In this document: positions 7,901 to 11,687 of the stretch, piece by piece | How the letters are laid out: each line of letters starts with the position of its first letter | Position numbering within the stretch: the first letter of the stretch is position 1 | NCBI GenBank assembly: GCA_037969395.1 | Contig: JBBKXJ010000094.1 | Span: 1 to 11,687, forward strand | Reading direction: 5' to 3' | Length of the DNA stretch: 11,687 nt | Origin: Pseudomonadales bacterium | GTDB taxonomy: Bacteria; Pseudomonadota; Gammaproteobacteria; Pseudomonadales; JAUIET01 | Program-made: the position numbers and the translations under genes | Notes under the pieces: generated by a model | Databases searched by the model: none | The model's input: the letters and a program-made list of their open reading frames with translations, nothing else | What the model was told of the DNA's origin: nothing

Positions 7901-10185
7901 TATTACCCTTGCTGAACACCGCCGGGTTGCTGACCTATCTACCTCGGCAGCGCGCCCTTGCCCAGGTATTCTGGGTGGCGTTCAGTAGTGCTACAGAGAA
8001 CAAGGCCAGGGTGGAAAGCTGGCCGCAACGCGCGGCATCGGCTTATGCTATGCGCGAACTATTGCACAGCTCAGCCAGCATTTCCCTGGTGGAGAACGAA
8101 GTTGTACAGGCGATAACGCAATTCAACGAACAACATGCTTTGGTGAGTAGTGAGCTGGATTTGCAGCAAGCGGCTGTTTATCTGGTTGGCGAACTGCAGC
8201 AAGGCACAGCGGAATTTGTCACCACCCAATACGCCACACAGTTGCTCGATATGTATCGACTCGCCCTGGATGAGCACACGATAGCAGAGCATCAGCGATC
8301 ACTGCGCAACTTACAGGGCAACTATGTGCAGCAGTGGCGACTCAGCGAGGCTTGGTTAGAAGCGCTGTTGAATAAAGAGGAGAAAGAAGGCAAAAACCTA
8401 GAGCTGGTGAATGTCTTAAGGCATTACGTTCCCGAGGCCGTTGCTGTGCTGAATCTCGGCGAGGCAATAGTGCGTCGCCACGCAGACATAAAACTACACC
8501 TTACGGTGGACAATCTAATGGGCGCGCATGCGCGCATTCAGAACCGCAGCATTTTGCTTGCCGTGGATACTTTCATGCAGCGCCTGCGCCAGCATGTGCA
8601 AATTGTTGTGCCTGCTTACCAGCACTACCTGCGGCTCAAGCATGAGATTGCCAACCACGAACGCGAGGCCTTGCGGCTTGAGTCGTTCAAAGCGCAACCA
8701 TTAAGCTCTTTCGTTAGAAACAAGCTTATCGATCAGGCGTATCTGCCGATCATCGGCGATAATCTCGCCAAGCAAATCGGCACGGTTGGCGACAGCAAGC
8801 GTACCGATCTCATGGGCTTGCTGATGATGATCTCGCCACCCGGATACGGCAAGACAACACTAATGGAATACGTGGCGAACCGACTTGGTCTGATCTTTAT
8901 GAAGATCAACTGTCCGGCGCTGGGCCACAACGTGCTGTCGCTGGACCCCGAGCAGGCACCCAATGCGACCGCGCGGCAGGAACTGCAGAAGCTCAACCTT
9001 GGGTTGGAGATGGGCAATAACGTGATGTTGTATCTGGATGATATACAGCATACCAATGCCGAATTTCTGCAAAAGTTTATCTCCCTGTGCGACGCCACCC
9101 GGCGTATCGAAGGGGTGTGGCGCGACAAGGCAAAAACCTACGATATGCGCGGCCGGCGGTTTTGCGTTGTTATGGCCGGTAACCCGTACACCGAATCGGG
9201 CGAAGCGTTCAAGGTGCCGGATATGCTGGCCAACCGTGCGGACATTTATAACCTTGGCGACATCCTCGGCGGCATGGATGAGCAGTTCGCGCTTAGCTAT
9301 ATAGAAAACAGCTTGACCTCGAACGCCGTATTGGCGCCGCTGGCGGTACGCGAAATGGGTGATGTGTACAAGCTGGTGGATATGGCCAAGGGTTTAAATG
9401 TACCCACAACCGACCTCAGCCACTCCTACAGCAGCGCCGAAATCAATGAGATTACCGGTGTGTTGAAAAAACTGTTTGTGATTCAGGACGTAGTGCTAAA
9501 AATCAATCAGCAATATATTGCGTCTGCCGCCCAGGACGATAAGTACCGGGTAGAGCCAGCATTTTTGCTGCAAGGTAGCTACCGTAATATGAATAAAATG
9601 GCGGAGAAAGTCTCTGCCGTGATGAACGATGCAGAGCTGGCGCAATTGATAGACGACCACTACCAGGGCGAAGCTCAGTTGCTGACCTCGGGTGCCGAAG
9701 GTAATTTGCTCAAGCTGGCCGAACTCAGAGACGAACTGAGCGAGCAGCAGGCAGCGCGTTGGCAGCAGATAAAAACTGATTTTCTGCGCAATAAGGCTAT
9801 GGGTGGTGATTCTGATGACATTGGCGGCAAGATCAACGCGCAGCTTGCCGATCTCGTGCAAAGCGTTCAGGCTCTGAATGTTAATCGAGACGGCGCGGCA
9901 GGGGAGGCGGCAAACCAATCGAACGCGGCACTAGCTACCAGTATCGAAAAGCTGCTGTCAGGCTTGCAGGAAGCACGACCGAAAATCGAAGTCATCAATC
10001 AACCGGTGCCGGAAATGGCCGCCGTGCTTTCCGTGTTGAACGAAACCATCGACAACACGTTGTTTCCTATTTTGCGCGCGATGGATAAAAAGATCGACAT
10101 AGACCTGCGCACGCAGGAGAAAATGCATTCTATATCCGAGCAGTTGCGAGTCTTGCAAAGTAAAATAGATCCCGGCGATATTTAG
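4927..10185 (+). CDS. Giant 1752-aa multidomain protein with one MoxR/AAA_5-type AAA+ ATPase module (aa ~1290-1480) set between a beta-rich N-terminal region, a long helical region and a helical C-terminal tail; likely the type often auto-annotated as 'DNA repair ATPase'
   Basis: The ORF is uninterrupted from 4900 (TTG) to the TAG at 10183-10185. ATG 4927 is the preferred start, with GGGAG at 4915-4919 at 7-nt spacing. Walker A is ISPPGYGKTT (nt 8842-8859). Walker B is MLYLDDIQH (DD at 9037-9042). Sensor-1 is VVMAGNPYTE (9175-9186). The arginine-finger-like motif DMLANRADIY matches the MoxR/RavA/McrB/dynein-type AAA_5 signature (xxQNP ... LLDRF). No VWA/MIDAS motif, nuclease motif or second AAA module is seen. 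The N-terminal ~460 aa are beta-rich (repeated G..L..G/DG-type turns). About 800 aa are predicted helical or coiled-coil. Confidence 0.88.
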   Translation: MAEQPGKDALVEAAVAEGGAYDVIRKRLEEHGRQLEEKTQQVNAARIAEIGSTDMQTVARVRVRTEHNSVARDIVQVGDYLLFGYNVFIGLKKEVKVEDVFSLFALTESNGEYTIEAAPAEVDFLQQQRFSSDFRELYQYYKHTRLIQLTVNNGKLLAGFQIGEKLEDIRVFRWSVSPDGKQVEYIDNRGERDIQLPPAFDFEWQAAGREDFVNGRHPHINILDRLFVDTLGGTLSIKVEDNTESGQGIYSEPVEEQNQSLDDVDVQYALVGDLVLLRVLPYREQQWRHFVFNTNSEQINRIDAIGESCVQLPEDHGIIFPGGYYLQNGEYKSFDEDIVGLKFKRMLKSPNGEDVLYIFYEPADGVVALLPYNLINRSLQNPIISHGYALAEDGRLVVFTSEEEPTRVHPMQVWQTPYTSQDFADRMPVQQTFFGRIGNSAMVRGVSDLFSIARQIREQNVSVAHYEKLGKAVARAFDAYYWLDSPELDDIDATLKEVAQTSELVIDEFEKVDAIRRQSATAMAEAEQAQQAIITGIGTATWEKVADFVESLDRVRHQRGHLATISEYRYIDTNRIAELDAELVASADELGTKTVEFLADEQSLAPYLQQIAELDQQIEAANSVALLKPLIETMDAIARGLDLLSELMATLKVDDATVRTRIIDAISAVYAKLNQTRASAKHRQANLGSAEAVAQFSAQFKLFSQSINNALGLATDPDRCEEQLSRLLVQLEELESQFGEHEQFLADIIEKREEIYDTFESHKQTLIEQQQRKVQVLVDAAQRMLGSIEKRSNKFTAADDLNTYFAADALVLKIKELTQQLGQLGGNVQADDIGSRFKMIKDQALRSLRDKSDIFIEGGKVIKLGPRHRFSVNTDELDLSIVPYQEGLAVHLAGTQYFEAINHPDLLALKDYWNLSLESESDVVYRAEYLAFQFIQALRANDAGVDQADVENALQSEQQMYDLVRAFATPRYKEGYEKGIHDYDAAKLLMALLPLLNTAGLLTYLPRQRALAQVFWVAFSSATENKARVESWPQRAASAYAMRELLHSSASISLVENEVVQAITQFNEQHALVSSELDLQQAAVYLVGELQQGTAEFVTTQYATQLLDMYRLALDEHTIAEHQRSLRNLQGNYVQQWRLSEAWLEALLNKEEKEGKNLELVNVLRHYVPEAVAVLNLGEAIVRRHADIKLHLTVDNLMGAHARIQNRSILLAVDTFMQRLRQHVQIVVPAYQHYLRLKHEIANHEREALRLESFKAQPLSSFVRNKLIDQAYLPIIGDNLAKQIGTVGDSKRTDLMGLLMMISPPGYGKTTLMEYVANRLGLIFMKINCPALGHNVLSLDPEQAPNATARQELQKLNLGLEMGNNVMLYLDDIQHTNAEFLQKFISLCDATRRIEGVWRDKAKTYDMRGRRFCVVMAGNPYTESGEAFKVPDMLANRADIYNLGDILGGMDEQFALSYIENSLTSNAVLAPLAVREMGDVYKLVDMAKGLNVPTTDLSHSYSSAEINEITGVLKKLFVIQDVVLKINQQYIASAAQDDKYRVEPAFLLQGSYRNMNKMAEKVSAVMNDAELAQLIDDHYQGEAQLLTSGAEGNLLKLAELRDELSEQQAARWQQIKTDFLRNKAMGGDSDDIGGKINAQLADLVQSVQALNVNRDGAAGEAANQSNAALATSIEKLLSGLQEARPKIEVINQPVPEMAAVLSVLNETIDNTLFPILRAMDKKIDIDLRTQEKMHSISEQLRVLQSKIDPGDI

Positions 10186-10233
10186 TTCTATTGTGTTAAC
10201 TCGACCAGCGGCACAGAAAGGGGCAGAGAGGGG

Positions 10234-11301
10234 CTACGCTAGTGAATACCATGTACCACGCCCAGCACCATGCCGTGCAATAAACCCATTTTCCTGCAGA
10301 GTTTTCATGTGGTCTTTGATCGTGTTTCGACTTTTTCCTGTTGCTGCTACAGCGTCGCTAATTGTGACCCTGCTGTGTTCACGGGCAATTTCCAGAATTT
10401 GAACTGACAGCTGCGGCAAATCGCCGAAAATCAGGCGTTCACGTTCTATTTTTACTGCAAGTTTTTCTTTTTGCGTGGTCAGTGACAGGAGGAAGTAAGT
10501 TACCCACGGTTGCCAATCAGGAGAATCGGTTCGAATAGTAGCTTGTGTTCGGCGTAGTGCCAGATAGTAGGATTCTTTGCCTTGCTCAATCACGCTTTCC
10601 AATGAGCTATAGGGCACAAAGACATAACCGGCTTTCAGCAGTAGCAGCGTGGTCAATATGCGCGATAGCCTTCCATTGCCGTCCTGAAACGGATGGATCT
10701 CTAAAAAGACAACAGTGAAAATAGCGGTAATGAGCAGCGGGTGCGGGTGCTTTTCAGAGTGGGCTTTATTTGTCCATGCGATCAGTTCGTCCATTAAGCG
10801 CGGCGTATCAAAAGGCGTTGCGGTTTCAAAAATCACGCCGATGCTTTTTCCGTCTGGTGAAAAAGCCTCAACGCTATTGGATAGTGTCTTGTATTGCCCG
10901 CGATGTCGTGAATCTTTGTCAGAATGTTGCAATAGCTCAGCATGGAGTTGTTTGATGAAATTTTTCGTCAGTGGTATGTTCTGCCAGTGCTCGATCACCG
11001 TTTCCATCGCGGCGGCATAACCAGCCACTTCCTGCTCGTCCCGACTTTCAAAAGATTGAATTTCCAGGTTTGATAACAGTTTTTCAATGTCGCGATTTGA
11101 GAGCTTTGCGCCCTCTATTCGAGTGGAAGAACCAATGCTTTCAATTGTTGCAACATGCCGCAAGTTGGACAGACGCTCCGGCGCAATTCGCCCAATAGCC
11201 TGCCAAGCGCCCTTGAATTGATCCAGTTCGGAGATGAGCGACAATGTATGATGAGTGATTGCAAGCGTTTCAATATTCACTTCTGCATTAGCATATGACA
11301 T
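10234..11301 (-). CDS. Fic-family (AMPylator-type) protein, class II with an N-terminal inhibitory helix motif, and a C-terminal winged-HTH-like tail
   Basis: The catalytic Fic motif HPFQDGNGRLSR is encoded at 10660-10695 (revcomp reads CAT CCG TTT CAG GAC GGC AAT GGA AGG CTA TCG CGC). The (S/T)xxxE(G/N) inhibitory motif STRIEG is encoded at 11110-11127. ATG at 11301 is the preferred start. The track uses an upstream in-frame TTG at 11313. The gene is convergent with the giant ATPase gene, leaving a 48-bp gap. Confidence 0.88.
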   Translation of the reverse strand: MSYANAEVNIETLAITHHTLSLISELDQFKGAWQAIGRIAPERLSNLRHVATIESIGSSTRIEGAKLSNRDIEKLLSNLEIQSFESRDEQEVAGYAAAMETVIEHWQNIPLTKNFIKQLHAELLQHSDKDSRHRGQYKTLSNSVEAFSPDGKSIGVIFETATPFDTPRLMDELIAWTNKAHSEKHPHPLLITAIFTVVFLEIHPFQDGNGRLSRILTTLLLLKAGYVFVPYSSLESVIEQGKESYYLALRRTQATIRTDSPDWQPWVTYFLLSLTTQKEKLAVKIERERLIFGDLPQLSVQILEIAREHSRVTISDAVAATGKSRNTIKDHMKTLQENGFIARHGAGRGTWYSLA

Positions 11302-11487
11302 GCTGATATCCAATTAGCCATCCATTCTCATCCGTTTAATGATGGCATGACAATACCCGATTGTCCACCCGTTTCCATCCAATTAAACCGAGTCGAAAAA
11401 CGCAGATCGGAACAGCTTTCAATGGGCATGATCTGTTTATTCACTTTGAAACGAAAACCATGGCCTGTCTCTGGCTGTGTTGTTGCA

Positions 11488-11493
11488 TATAAT
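11488..11493 (+). promoter_or_regulatory. Perfect TATAAT -10 hexamer, candidate sigma70 promoter for the downstream + strand oxidoreductase gene
   Basis: ttgcaTATAATgg sits about 26-41 nt upstream of the candidate ATG starts at 11519/11534. A TG lies 2 bp upstream (near-extended -10). The -35 is weak (CTGTCT at 17-bp spacing). Confidence 0.3.
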
Positions 11494-11518
11494 GGCCTTC
11501 ACCTTAATACGTCTTGCC

Positions 11519-11687
11519 ATGCGGAATCTTGTCATGCCCATTTCGCCACCAACCGCAACAAACAAACCCCTAAAACCCAGCACCGTACGCGTAGGCCGTC
11601 GCTACCGCCCAACCCGCGTAGACGACCATTACGACGCCATCGTCATCGGCTCCGGCATTGGCGGCATGACCAGCGCGGCGTGCCTGG
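11519..11687 (+). CDS. Partial (N-terminal) FAD/NAD(P)-binding oxidoreductase (phytoene-desaturase / amine-oxidase-like Rossmann N-terminus); continues beyond the window
   Basis: The frame is open to the window end and reads (MRNLV)MPISPPTATNKPLKPSTVRVGRRYRPTRVDDHYDAIVIGSGIGGMTSAACL. DAIVIGSGIGGMTSAA is the canonical GxGxxG dinucleotide-binding motif. The start is ambiguous between ATG 11519 and ATG 11534, which are in frame with each other. Confidence 0.65.
   Translation, partial: MRNLVMPISPPTATNKPLKPSTVRVGRRYRPTRVDDHYDAIVIGSGIGGMTSAACL

Noticed and set aside
5902-9918. Several 130-140-aa minus-strand ORFs inside the giant ATPase gene (5902..6321, 8733..9128, 9496..9918)
   Set aside because: They lie entirely within and antisense to a continuous, motif-bearing 5.3-kb ORF. 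They are expected by chance at this GC content. They have no RBS and no recognisable motifs.
10186-10233. Bidirectional terminator between the convergent giant ATPase and Fic genes
   Set aside because: The 48-bp gap contains only a GTTAAC palindrome. It has no GC-rich stem and no T- or A-run, so no intrinsic terminator could be supported.
1-11687. CRISPR arrays, tRNA/rRNA genes, IS elements or integrases
   Set aside because: None were seen. There are no regularly spaced repeats, no terminal inverted repeats flanking a transposase-like ORF, and no tRNA-like cloverleaf candidates in the intergenic regions.

Overview
The window has about 50% GC and Shine-Dalgarno-dependent translation starts, so it looks proteobacterial. 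This is an assignment by eye, with no searches run. Its core is a five-gene, same-strand cluster from about 792 to 10185 with ribosome-binding sites before each gene and tight spacing. The genes are: (1) a DUF2170/YjfI-like protein carrying an unusual basic 58-aa N-terminal extension; (2) a PspA/IM30 (ESCRT-III-like) protein of the YjfJ type; (3) a YqiJ/NfeD-like membrane protein with a C-terminal OB-fold; (4) a YqiK-type flotillin (SPFH/band-7) with a long Glu/Ala-rich coiled coil; (5) a giant 1752-aa protein with a single MoxR/AAA_5-type AAA+ ATPase module near its C-terminal third (Walker A GYGKTT, Walker B DD, sensor-1 AGNP). Upstream of the cluster is a 430-bp regulatory region containing two identical 14-bp perfect palindromes (TATTACATGTAATA), a 29-bp imperfect direct repeat, T-runs and a possible small ORF. 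A strong hairpin with a short U-run lies between the flotillin gene and the giant ATPase gene. Flanking genes are a partial glycine-zipper membrane protein (minus strand, left edge), a convergent class-II Fic protein (HPFQDGNGRLSR catalytic motif plus an N-terminal SxxxEG inhibitory motif), and the N-terminus of an FAD/NAD(P)-binding oxidoreductase (right edge). I propose the PspA + flotillin + NfeD + giant AAA+ cluster as a candidate, poorly characterised membrane-remodelling/envelope-integrity system that could also act in defence. The ATPase would play the role that Vps4 plays for ESCRT-III; this is a hypothesis and not a recognised system.
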